Source of the DNA: Tubiluchus corallicola
Lineage: Eukaryota; Animalia; Priapulida
Reading direction: 5' to 3'
Length of the DNA: 48,080 nucleotides
Assembly (NCBI GenBank): GCA_030141605.1
Contig: JAQGDQ010001313.1
Location: forward strand, 1-48,080
Within the stretch, counting starts at the first letter, position 1, and each line of letters begins with the position of its first letter. The notes beneath the pieces were generated by a model. That model had not been told where the DNA came from. It did not search any database and worked only from the letters and a program-made list of their open reading frames with translations. The position numbers and the translations under genes are program-made. Of this stretch, positions 12,132-23,794 are shown piece after piece.

Positions 12132-12274
12132 TAATTTAAAATGTTCATGCTGCCTGGTGAAACATTACTGTCCCAGCATGCACCAGTGAATCACAAATAA
12201 ACATATTGTTTATCTTATTGACAAGATAAAATAATTTATGCTTTTGCTTAGTTAGCAAGTTACTTTTGTTTTAG

Positions 12275-12378
12275 GTAATCCTGTCTCCGCTCTCGTGACG
12301 TGTAACCTGTTTGTTTATCCGGCGCTGAGAAAAATGGCCGGATATGAGCAACCCGAGAACACCGTTATCAAAGTAAAA
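12275..12378 (+). CDS. GPHN: Gephyrin internal coding exon (absent from the ORF track)
   Basis: ttttag|GT AAT...AAA|gtgagt; 104 nt, phase 1/0; completes [25 protein letters not shown]. Confidence 0.96.
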
Positions 12379-13121
12379 GTGAGTCAACGTTTAATTTGAT
12401 CAAATTAATGACTTTATCTGGGCTGCGACATGTGTTGTGTTTAGAATTCTGTTTCTCATTAATTGTGTGACCTTGAAATCATACTTGACGTTTTGAAAAG
12501 CAAATTTTTTCTGTATGTACTTGTACTTTGTAATTTTAAGCAAAGAAACGTAGAAAAATTTATACATAAACTTGATAAATTCCTAAACAAAAAATATTGT
12601 TCGCTTACTAACAGCCTAAACTGCCACAGTTCAAGAATATGCCGGAACGCGGTTTTTAAGCAAACTGACAAACTGCGTGAGTGACAGTACTTTCTCTACC
12701 TAGCCGCAGATGCTAGCAGTGCAGCGTATTATCTCACACACCTGCACATGGCCGCATGCACACAACAGCCAAACACTCCACTGTGCTGGGCTGTGTAGCA
12801 AACAATACTACCCTCACATGCCTCTGGTTCTGTACAAGCTTATAAAGAAAGAATTAAAGAAAAAAGACTTATTGTATTGAATATTATCGATAATATTGAG
12901 TGAACATGGGTGGTGCTGCAATTCCACAGTACCTATATACGAGCCGCCACTGTTAAAGTGTCTTTATCAGAGGAAAATTATGAACAGTTTTACAAGTATT
13001 TCTAGTAGCAATATACTGTTTTGCTGATTTTATGAAAATCTTAAACAGTGCCAGATTAACTCATAGACTAGTATAGACTGCAGCCTAGGGCATCAAACTT
13101 GGGTAGAAAAATCTTTTGGGA

Positions 13122-13151
13122 GTTATTATTATTTTATTATTATTATTATTC

Positions 13152-13188
<37 letters not shown>

Positions 13189-13354
13189 TATTGTTGTTAT
13201 TATTATTATTACTATTATTGTTGTTATTATTACTATTACTATTATTGTTGTTATTTAGTTGTTGTTGTTCTTGTTGTTTTTATTATTATGATTACTATTA
13301 TTGTTGTTGTTGTTATTATTACTATTGTTATTATTGTTGTTATTATTATTATTG

Positions 13355-13391
<37 letters not shown>

Positions 13392-13590
13392 TATTGTTGT
13401 TATTATTATTATTACTATTATTGTTGTTATTATTACTATTACTATTATTGTTGTTATTTAGTTGTTGTTGTTCTTGTTGTTTTTATTATTATGATTACTA
13501 TTATTGTTGTTGTTGTTATTATTACTATTGTTATTATTGTTGTTATTATTATTATTGTTGTTATTGTTGTTGTTGTTGTTATTATTATGT
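13122..13590. repeat. Compound (TAT/TGT/TAC)n microsatellite with an internal duplication about 203 bp apart
   Basis: Block TTATTTAGTTGTTGTTGTTCTTGTTG... at 13251 and 13454. Confidence 0.95.
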
Positions 13591-13678
13591 TTTCTGATTA
13601 CTTTAGTCACACTGTACTTACTGAATCTAAAGTCTATGGGTCTTTATTTACGTGTCACCCCGTATGTATGTATTTCAG

Positions 13679-13909
13679 CTTGGTTTTGATAAACAGTTGG
13701 ATGAACGGCCCGAGTGCCATCGGACAATCTTGACCTTTCCACCTGGTGAAGCAGTTGCCGTTGCCCAATCTACCGGATACCAGCGAAGCAGTCGCCTAAT
13801 GAGTGCCATGTCAGCAAACGGTCTGATCCTGTTGCCAGCAAGATCGGAACATCTGAAAAGCATTTCCGCCGGCTCTTTAGTCGACTGTATGGTCATCGGG
13901 TCAATATGA
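13679..13909 (+). CDS. GPHN: Gephyrin terminal coding exon
   Basis: tttcag|CTT...TGA; LGFDKQLDERPECHR...AQSTGYQRSSRLMSAMSANGLILLP...VDCMVIGSI* matches the gephyrin C-terminus. Confidence 0.96.
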   Translation, partial: LGFDKQLDERPECHRTILTFPPGEAVAVAQSTGYQRSSRLMSAMSANGLILLPARSEHLKSISAGSLVDCMVIGSI

Positions 13910-14161
13910 TCGCTGACCGTAGCTAATTGTAATTAGTGCAGTTATGAGAGGTGCAGATTAGGATGTGACAGTTGCCCCAGGGTAGAACAGACTTGTTCGT
14001 GATCCCGGGCTCTTTAAGATAGTGGTCTCATTTTCTGAGCAAAAATAAGAATTTTTACCTTCATGGTAGCGAAACCATAAAAAACAAGAAAAATTTGTAA
14101 TTATCAAAAACTAAAACAATTGTCGAAAAAATTACTAAAAAAAACTCAGCTTGTCCAGAAA

Positions 14162-14833
14162 ATGCGTGTCTTTGCAAACCAAAACCGTCCATAAGTAGCC
14201 ATAGTTAAAACTACGTTATGATGCTTCAAAGAAGAATGCGCCAAAACTTGATCAAATATCAATTCTTTGTTTTTTTATAAAAACAAATGCTAAATATATT
14301 GAACTTTAATGTTCTAGCATCAAATTATCAATAAAATGTTTAAAAGAATACTAAAAATTTAATTTTATAACCCCGTACTCACTTCTCTGGCTAGAAAGTA
14401 GTACTGCAATTGTAAAAAAACTTGTATTTTTAAACTCCAATAGTATCTTGTGGAAGTAGCCATTTTTCTTTGGGTTTTTTTCTGTTGCCAAACTTAGATC
14501 TTTTTCTAGAAGAGCCATCTATTGGATTTAAACGTAACTTCAATGTGTTCTTGCAAAGTCCTTAGCAACCGACATTTGTAAGGTTGCTAAGTGTTTTGTA
14601 CAAACGTGACAAAAAACAATGGCTAACTTTAACAGTGATTTTCTCAAGATTATGTTTTTCACTGTACAGCCTGCACCTCAGCTTCAATGCGGATTATCTC
14701 ATCTTAGAAATAACATAGAGAAATGAACTTGGTATCAAAATTATCCTTATGAAATGGAGATTCAGGATACGTGAATAACTGGAAAAGCTTAGTTACCGAC
14801 TTCTGGATAATTTTGCTATGCAAGCAGACATAT
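14162..14833. mobile_element. MITE family B (about 35-bp TIR), copy downstream of the gephyrin stop codon
   Basis: Colinear with 20422-21082; termini resemble TGTGCTTGCA...CGTCCATAAGT and its reverse complement; superfamily not assigned. Confidence 0.85.
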
Positions 14834-15165
14834 ATCTTACTACTTCACTATGACGCTTATTGCCATATTGTAGAGAAAATCTGGTTGCAATTCAACATTA
14901 CATAAATTTGTGGAACATTTCTGTTGAATTGCAACTCTTTTCGTTCATATGATGTGTTAGGCTTGTATGGAAGCTGTCACTTTATTCCCTCTAACCCTTT
15001 ACTATGTGTGTTTACTAGAGTCCAGAACGCTAAGTGCCGTGTTGAGCATTTTACTGTAATAGGACTGTTTGTTTGATATTTTTGCAAGATGCACAACAGT
15101 GAGTTGTTGTCGCAATCCGGTGTACCGTGGTTTAGTCTTGAACGCATAGTGTCAACAGAAGTCAA

Positions 15166-15747
15166 TGCAAAGTCGGACCCAATCTTAAACCGTAGGATAA
15201 AAAAAATCTACTATATAAAATATCGAAAAGAAACATTTTATATTTTTTCAAAATTGACATACATGAAAGTTTTATTGTCACAAAAACACAATCTCGCGCC
15301 ACTAGTTCTTGCGCCACTAGTGCTGTTACATGCATTTCACCATGTGCTAGTTAAACGCGCACTAGCACCTGCATATTGGAAATGCATTGTACGAAAACTA
15401 GGTGCTGTACCTCTCGGTTTAGAGGTTCTAGTTTGTGACAAATTACAGCTCATGCGTGAACACATCTGTAAATTTGAAATTTGAGTATTTTCTCAAAATA
15501 TCATACAGCAGCACTGCACTTCAATTTTCGCTTTCGCAAACACGTGCAACACGCTCGTGGAATATTTTTGCTGTTGAAAATTACGTTAGTTTGTGAAGTC
15601 ATCAATAGTTGGGCTTGCCCGCCGCGAATTAAGATTTTAATCTATTAGTTAATTATAAGAAGTGCTTTTACAGTATTAATTGTGTTAAAATGTATATTTT
15701 TTATCCGACTTGAAAAGGGGGTAGAGTATGAAAAATCATCCTGTCGT
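15166..15747 (+). mobile_element. Module R copy of the TTAA-bounded element
   Basis: Colinear with 1836-2370; ends GAAAAATCATCCTGTCG..TTAA. Confidence 0.85.
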
Positions 15748-16085
15748 TTAATAGTCTTTCCTCCTATAGAAATCGCTACAGTCCTAAGAACTGTTTTCAT
15801 TTGTTCCAAAACTAATTTGGTTGATTTTGTTGCAATATACCAAGACTAAAAAAAAAACTCAAATTTTCTAGTCCAAATCGAAGTACAAATTAGATATGTC
15901 TAGCAGGAACAGGAAGTTTTCTTTGTCATATGCTTTCAAGAAAAAGCTTGGATACTAAACTGAAATGTACCAGATTGTAGAAAACAAATCTGTAACCCTA
16001 TAACTCTATTCAATGAACTGATCTTGCCAGTAAATCGCATTGTTAGGAGGCCATAGATAGAATGAGTAGAAATCGACAGTAAATG

Positions 16086-16330
16086 GCATTGTTTAGAACA
16101 ATGTGCAGTAGATAGGCTGTGCCACGATGTAGCATTGCTTAGAACAATGTGCAATAGATAGACTGTGCCATGATGTAGCATTGTTTAGAACAATGTGCAG
16201 TAGATAGGCTGTGCCACGATGTAGCATTGTTTAGAACAATGTGCAGTAGATAGGCTGTGCCACAATGTAGCATTGTTTACAACAATGTGCAATAGATAGA
16301 TTGTGCCAACATGTAGCATTGTATAGAACA
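16086..16330. repeat. 46-bp minisatellite, about 5.3 copies
   Basis: GCATTGTTTAGAACAATGTGCAGTAGATAGGCTGTGCCACGATGTA at 16086, 16132, 16178, 16224, 16270. Confidence 0.95.
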
Positions 16331-17319
16331 TAGTGGGTAAATCTGACACCTGTACTAATCATTATCTAGGAAACCATTGTTAGTGAAATTTTAGTTAAAG
16401 TACAAAAAATTGACTACAATCAGCGTGACGATTTTGATTATTCACCTAATAATTTCACAGGGTGACCATCGCAGATACAGTAGTGGAGAGATTACTTTTG
16501 CCTGTTGTAAACACATCATTAGATGTGATACTTGTATTTACTGACAACTTTTCATTGTTATAAGAATCTACTCGCCTGCAAACTAATGTTTATAGCTTAC
16601 ACATCACATTGTTTTACGGTTATTAGGCACTGTTCTTATAATAATGATAGTTATAATAATTAAAATCATAAAATTAAATGGCCAAGGAACGGGTTTTGAG
16701 CTCACTAATTACGGGTACAGCGTAGCAACTTTGATTTACACTAATAAAAAGTTTTATACTGTGTGAATTAATATTCTCCATCTTTTTTTATTACGTTTCA
16801 TTATTAACACAACAAAAGCAGACATTGTCCTGGGTTTTTTCCTGGAAATCGTTCAGTCACGCAGTGATGGATTTTGAACTTTGGCTTTGTATACTGGTCT
16901 CTGCATAATATCGCTTCACTGATCAATTATTATTATCAGCGCTTGAAATTGAAAATTAAACATATCAGGTTTTTGTAATGTGCATTTCAAAATGGTTTTC
17001 TAATAAGTTAACAGCTGAAAATAAATAAAAATATCACTTACAAACCATAGAGACATTTTAGCCCATGTTTGTGTTTCCAAGAGGAAAGTTTACACGCATC
17101 GTTTGCATGTGATAACACGCTGCATCTTCAGGCAGGTCCTTTAATATGAAAATGTTAAAGCTTGCAAATATTTACTAATTTTTCATTATCCAAACTGATC
17201 CAATCCGAATTTAGCTAACCTATCCGGTTATAATCCGAATCCGAAAGTCAATTTGAGGAAATATTCGATGATACCCGATGTTCGCTATCCGGCAAAAAAG
17301 TCCATCAGGAGCAACACTA

Positions 17320-17775
17320 ATTGTAGTAACAACAATGATAACCTAAACGCATTGTAATAACAAAAAGATAACATAAATGCATTGTAGTAAAGACAAAGAT
17401 ATCCTAACTGCATTGTAATAACAAAAAGATAACGTAAATGCATTGCAATAACAACAAAGATATCCTAACTGCATTGTAATAACAACAAAGATAACCTAAC
17501 TGCATTCTAATAACAACAAAGATAACCTAATTGCATTGTAATAATGACAAAGATAACCTAATTGCATTGTACTAACAACCAAGATAACCTAATTGCATTG
17601 TAATAACAACAAAGATAACCTAACTGCATTGTAATAACAACAAAGATAACCTAATTGCATTGTAATAACAACAAAGATAACCTAATTGCATTGTAATAAC
17701 AACAAAGATAACCTAATTGCATTGTAATAACAACAAAGATAACCTAATTGCATTGTAATAACAACAAAGATAACT
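17320..17775. repeat. 31-bp minisatellite, about 15 copies
   Basis: Unit GCATTGTAATAACAACAAAGATAACCTAATT; homogeneous at the right end, diverged at the left. Confidence 0.96.
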
Positions 17776-17883
17776 TGAAACTGGTTCTTACAAACGATTT
17801 ATGCTTAACATATCTACAAACTCTACATATTTCTAGAGCGCTGCACCATGACCTGTTAATGCCAATGTGTCTTCTAAACTTAA

Positions 17884-18428
17884 AAGAAAACCGGATGATT
17901 GTGTAAACACGAGTTCAGAATAAAGAATGTTCTAAAAAATTGAAAACTACAATAGCTTTTTTAAAATCAAAGCTTAAATTAAATAATAATTACCTCTGAT
18001 TTTCAAATTTCGTTAAACTTTCAAAGCTATGTCCGGCTCAGTGAATCTACTAAGTTGGCAGCGGCGCCTTTTTGTCACATTCGCGTGGCCGACAAATAGA
18101 AGGCGGTACCATGATAAGCATGATCACGAACTGCAGTGTTTGTTTCCGATGTCGTATGGTAGAGCCCTTTTTTGTGACATCATGCGTTTAAACAGTACTG
18201 TAACACTTATGTAAACGTGCTTGATGTGCAAGGGAAGACGTCTGCCATTGCACAAACTGTGGTTAGTTTCTGACGTAAGCACTAGCTGTGTTCAGTTGCC
18301 CTTAATTAACTTTCTAAGCTAATTATTCAAATATAAGGAACAATTGCTAACTTTTATAGGCAAGAAAATGTATATTTTCAACAGTAAATTAAAATGAGAT
18401 TGAGTCTAAACAATCGTCCGGTTTTCCT
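17884..18428. mobile_element. Kolobok-like MITE (family E); partial second copy at about 32764-32975
   Basis: TTAA|AAGAAAACCGGATGATTG ... CAATCGTCCGGTTTTCCT|TTAA (TIR 16/18, TTAA flanks). Confidence 0.85.
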
Positions 18429-19297
18429 TTAATTATAATTTTAGTTGCATATAGTCTGGAATGATCAATAATGCACAAACGTGCTAAGTATTTCACAATT
18501 AATTTGCTCGTTAACAAACAGACGGTAAAAGAAACGCAATTAAAAGTGACAATTATCATCAGCCATTTGGCAAAAAAATAAAATTGTTAATAGTGCAATT
18601 GGTAATATTAAACATGCGTATCGATTTTCTCAGTGAGAAATTATCAAAATAGAACTTGAAATTAAACGATTACTATGAAACGTACAAATCTTGCAGGAGT
18701 TGTAGCCCAGTTAGTCATCTTTCCGTAGATTTCTGTGGTCCATATCATCAAAAAGTACTGCTTGAATATTTTTGTGCGCGACTTTCCAACAAAAATTTGA
18801 AAAAGCTGAATTTTGGAAACCTAGCGTTTGTGAATCCTGGGCAAGGAACATCCCAGAAATCTAAATATGGTCAACATACTTAATACCACCCACTTTGGGG
18901 TTGCAAAAACGAGGTACATAAATAATGTCGTTGCAAATGTAGGCATTTTGTTTTGTGAAAAATTTGGCGTTATAAAGAGGGGAGTTATAAAGAGGTTGGA
19001 CTGTACAGTCAAATGCTTTATGACGTCAGGTCTAGGACACCACTAAAGGCGACTTTCGTTAAATACCAAAGCTGCTGTACTGTGTAAACTTTCATTTGTT
19101 TTTTAGTTAATTTTAACATGTGATAAATTGGTGTAGTATATAGTATTATCGTATCTACGTTAATACATGTGTTATACTTCATACTTTGACCGCATTAACA
19201 ATGCAAGTGTAATGCTACTGCGGTACCTTACAAAACTTTTACGTAACACACAAGGTTGAAAAGCAATGTTGTGAAATACTGGTTAACTGGATAACTA

Positions 19298-19770
19298 CAT
19301 TCAACCTTGGATATAAGGGACACCTCGGGACTGGAAAAAAACGTCCCTTACAGCCGAAGTTGAGTCAGACCGAGGGTGTATCTAGACCTGTACTTTTACC
19401 CATATTTTTATGGATTATTGCTACACATTCAGTACGAACGGTATGTAGGAAGCTCCTTCGGAGATGCGAGATGTATGTGACCGCGGAAACCGAGCTGTTC
19501 GAAGGTGATTTTGCGAAAAATTGAGGTTAAAAATTGATCAATTTCGCTTTGATCATAGAGTCCCTTAAATGCGACGTAATTTACCTGGGTTTCTATTACG
19601 CGGGACCTGAAGATATCATCCCTTATACCCGAAAGTCCCTTATATCTGAGTACCTCATATACGAAGATTTTTACATAGGAAAAATCTTACGAAAAATCGG
19701 GACCGGTGTTGGTGGTCCGTTATAAATGAGTGTCTCTTGTGAGTGAGTACCCTATACTCGAGGTTGACTG
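19298..19770. mobile_element. pogo/Tigger-like MITE
   Basis: TA|CATTCAACCTTGGATATAAGGG ... CCCTATACTCGAGGTTGACTG|TA. Confidence 0.85.
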
Positions 19771-20421
19771 TACTAATAAAACAACAACGTAACATTACTG
19801 GACAATTTAGACTATAAATAGCCACGGCACATAATACTAAACAGGCATTAAATTCGCATGTGTTCACTACTGAACCACAACTATGCAACTCTTGTACTCT
19901 TAAAATGCATGTTCCTCTACCAAATCTCAACATTCACTTTCATACAATCACTTGCTATGAAGTCTAAATCTTAAACACCGTAATTTTTCTGTTCAGAGAT
20001 CGTTTTTGCAATAGAACGGCTGTTTTTCATTCACCGTGCTTTATCATAGCTGACAGCATAACGGGGTTAATTTATTATGTAAAATGGATTTTTGCCACAA
20101 CAGATAGATTAGCAGATGGCTGTAGGCAAGGATATTCCTTATACTTAATACATTATGGAAATCTAGACAAGTCAAAAGTTGCCATCATAACAAGGGGCGG
20201 GATAATGACGCAAGACAGCAGGTCTGTAATATCCCATATGGGCAAGTCAGTCCAATTATTACTCACAGTTAACCAGAAGAGATTTTTAATAATTTGGATT
20301 AAAATGAAATTGTTATTTTATTTTGTAATATTCAAACTTATTAACAATTGTTCATCTTCACTGTATATCATTCAAAAGCAAACGATTTAACCACAGTAAT
20401 ACAACAAACATTTCTTGTATG

Positions 20422-21082
20422 TATGTGTGCCTGAAAAACAAAATCGTCCATAAGTCGGTATAGTTAAAACTACATTATGTTGCTTCAAAGTAGAATGCAT
20501 CAAAAAATTGGACAAATGCCAGTATTTTGTTGTTTGTAAAAACAAACGCTAAACGTATTGGACTTTATATATTCTAGCACCAAGTTATCAATAAAATGTT
20601 AAAAAAGTACTAAAAATTTAATCTTATAACCGGGTACCCACTTTTCTGGCTATAAACTAGATTTACAATTGAGAAAAACTTGTATTTTCAAATTCCGATT
20701 GTAGCTCGTGGAAGCAAACATTTTGCTTCGGGTTTTTACAGCTGCCAATCCCGGTTCTTCGTCAGAAAGAGCCATCTACTGGATTCAAACATAAACTTAA
20801 ATGTGTTCTTGCAAGTCTTGCAATTTGTGCGGTTGCTAGGTGTTTTGTAAAAACACGACAAAAAACAATGGCTGACTTTAATAGAGATTTTCTCAAGTTA
20901 ATGTTTTTCAGTGTGCAGTCTCCACCTCAACTTCAACATGGATTATCTCAGCTTAGAAACAACATAGAATGATGAGCTTGGTATGAAAATGATCCTCATG
21001 AAATGGATATTCAGGATAAGTGAATATCTAGAAAAGCATAACTGCTGACTTATGGACGATTTTCCAATGCAAGCACGCAAAT
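20422..21082. mobile_element. MITE family B, copy about 95 bp downstream of the TRAPPC5 stop codon
   Basis: Colinear with 14162-14833; AAAATCGTCCATAAGTC / GACTTATGGACGATTTT inverted ends. Confidence 0.87.
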
Positions 21083-21177
21083 AATAATAGCTGCTCAATC
21101 ACTAAACCAAGGCCAAATACGCGAAATGTACGATCCACATTAGAGAATTTCTGGAACAGTTTTTACTTTGTAATAAA

Positions 21178-21735
21178 TCATTTATTTTCCACAGATTTGT
21201 CTCTTGCTATCACTGATTCATCAAATTTTATGATCAGCGTTGTTCCCTTATGAGAAAGTGCCGTTACTTTAGCGGAAAAATTACACCCTTCTAGCACGGC
21301 TTCAACTATACCTGCCGTAAAAGCAGCACAGTTCAAACTACTCTTGTCCTTCGGTATGGAAATAAATTTGTTCACTAACGACTCTTTCTCAATGATGTAG
21401 TATGTTCTTTCATCATCGTTTGCATGTTCTAGCTTGTCGGCTTCTTTTCCAAATAACGTCTTCCACAGTTGTGACTTGATAAACAGAAGCATGTTAAGAA
21501 GTTTGATTTCTCTCTTGAAGTTTTTCTCTCTGACAAGCATCAGATCAAGTATACGAAATCCAACATGGTGTCCAAAATCTGCCAATCTTTGCTGCAACTC
21601 TGGTACTGTGTACACTCTATTCTGACTGTACTGTACCATCTCCGAAAATAGGAGTCCATAAGTACTAATACTCACTTCAGTTTTAGACTTAGCTATTGGA
21701 CGATCTAGTATACTTGTTTTCAGACGCAAAGACAT
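21178..21735 (-). CDS. TRAPPC5: Trafficking protein particle complex subunit 5 (Trs31 orthologue), single-exon CDS, 185 aa
   Basis: Uninterrupted ORF with LLFSEMVQYSQNRV, LFGKEADKLE, NKFISIPK, LNCAAFTAGIVEAVL and HKGTTLIIKFDESVIARD, typical of TRAPPC5. Confidence 0.96.
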   Translation of the reverse strand: MSLRLKTSILDRPIAKSKTEVSISTYGLLFSEMVQYSQNRVYTVPELQQRLADFGHHVGFRILDLMLVREKNFKREIKLLNMLLFIKSQLWKTLFGKEADKLEHANDDERTYYIIEKESLVNKFISIPKDKSSLNCAAFTAGIVEAVLEGCNFSAKVTALSHKGTTLIIKFDESVIARDKSVENK

Positions 21736-22799
21736 GGCGGCTCAAATAAGTCACAAGTGAATTTACAAAACGCCAAAAACAGTCTGCTGTTAGGAGCTGA
21801 AAACTGGCCCGTTTTTTTTCTCTATGCAATCCACAATCCACTGACAGATTTAACTATGACAATTTTTAAAATTCCTGACAAAGTTTTTCCTACTTCTTTT
21901 TCCACTTTCAGGTAAATTTATCGCGCCAATACGGAAAACCATAGAACATGGTCAGTATGGCGTTTTATTCACGCGTGCTTTACTTCACTACCACCATGAT
22001 AGTTTCTAATGGCCGAATTAGCAGGAAAATTATCAGAGTTAAAAGCCTGATACATCATTCTTCCTGTCCAGTGTAATCTAACCTTTCCCCGTGTTCTTTT
22101 TTGTTCACTTATCCATTTCTTTTTTATCTGGTTCACATGACAGTGGGCTTACACAAGCCTTTGCTTCTCTAGCCCACTGCAGTAATAATTTTTCGGCTAA
22201 ACGTTCACGCTAGATCAAAATTGTGTTGCTCTTTTCAAACTTTAGTATAGCTGCTAGCGACAGCAACAGAATGAATAAGTCAACCTACACTTTAACTATA
22301 ATCTAAATAGTTTATAGCCAGCTAATCACTCTGAGCTACTCTGAATCTCCCAATCCGTGATAACCAAGTCGAACTAAAAGCTGCCAACTGCTGATCCTGC
22401 TAACAGAACAAAACTGTTTCTTTTGCTGCTAAAGCATCCTAAGTGCTTTAATTTTGCTAACTAGTTATTCAGTGGGTCAGCATCGAACGTTCAACTTTGT
22501 ACGTTCAAATTTGATTCGAACTTAAATTTATAGATTCAGATAATTCAGCACTCCAACAACAAAGATTCTTTTGTCATTAAAACGTTTAAAACATCACGCA
22601 ATCAGCACAATTTAGTAGCGATTTTTGTGTGCAATTTTTAGACTAGCTATTAGTGGTTTTTTGCAGAACAAAATCTAGTAATAGGGCCTATGCATGGTCT
22701 TTGTAAAACTGCTTTTCACTGAGGGTTCGAAAAACTTTCAAACTTGATTCGAAATACAAAAATTCAGTTTGATTCGAATTCGAAAGTCACAAATTCGTT

Positions 22800-23144
22800 C
22801 ATTAAATGTTTTCATCAGTTGGTAAAATGTCACTGACGCACCTTCCAGGGTGCACCACTCATTAACCAAAAATATATTTTTAATCTTATTGACGGATGCA
22901 GCAATTTAAAATTTTAGTTAGTTAGTGACGTGTGCGCTAGAAATGCCCTGATTACTTTTTCAAATTTAAAAAAATGTTATCTAAACTTGTTTCAAATGAT
23001 TTATCGTCAAAATGGCTGCGTCTGACGGTCATCGCATTCTGACTGCCAACGCAAGCCCTGCATGCAAAAAGCCAGTATGTAAGTGGTATAAAATTTCAAG
23101 ACAAATTTTTAATATTTATATAAGTGGAGAGTTTTCTTGTGCTT
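22800..23144 (+). mobile_element. Module L copy, interrupted at its right end by a solo LTR
   Basis: Colinear with about 1560-1831 and 44065-44412. Confidence 0.8.
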
Positions 23145-23471
23145 TGTTTCTCTCAGATGGCTCGTACAGAAAACCAGAAGACACGTCATCAAATTAAATT
23201 AGTTTATTATACGAGAATTCTACAACACAAAAATATGAAGGAACGCGAAATGCTTACTGTAAATGTGATAATATGGAAACGTGAAAGCGTATCTGAGAAT
23301 ACAAGGATACAAGAGAATAAACTCCAGCAGCCAGCTCCACCTTATATATCAGTGCAAAGGAACAATCTAGAAATAGAAAGTTCTATAAACTTCTACAATT
23401 AAGAAGATTGTTCTACTATACTACAGAACATTCTACAATATTCTATTTGATTCTAGTGGATATCCACAACA
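23145..23471 (-). mobile_element. Solo LTR, 327 bp
   Basis: TGTT...AACA termini; perfect 5-bp TSD TGCTT (23140-23144 and 23472-23476); minus-strand order of GAAnnTTC motifs, TATATAAG (23341-23348), AATAAA (about 23204). Confidence 0.8.
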
Positions 23472-23794
23472 TGCTTAAATCTCCAACATTTTAATAGGCA
23501 TACAAACCCTTTTCCTGAACACAATAGCAAATATTATTGTCTCTGCCAAACTACCTTCTTTATATGTGTAGCTAAACAAAATATGCACAGCAACAAATGA
23601 GTCACAACAGTTACTTACTAATACATTTTATCTGCCTGGAAAATTAAAACTCTGGATAGACGAAAAGATTGAGCGTGCTGCCAGAAGCTGATTTGTTAAA
23701 CACAACAGTATTAGTTAATTAATCACGGTATTTGTAAACTTAAATTAAAAATTATTGATTAATGGTGGAATTAAGAACAATTACTATATTTATT

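Noticed and set aside
13099-13733. Poly-Leu/Tyr/Ile ORFs (also those at 32089-32401, 35517-37253, 41356-41923, 42773-43488, 46041-46253)
   Set aside because: Stop-free translations of microsatellites, open in several frames, with no coding signature.
21178-21735. TRAPPC5 as a processed pseudogene
   Set aside because: Intact and conserved ORF, no poly(A) remnant or TSD; a single-exon CDS is also the human arrangement.
22141-22179. Hairpin CAGTGGGCT...AGCCCACTG upstream of TRAPPC5
   Set aside because: Resembles a decayed LINE 3'-end stem-loop; single copy here and no further support for an RNA gene.
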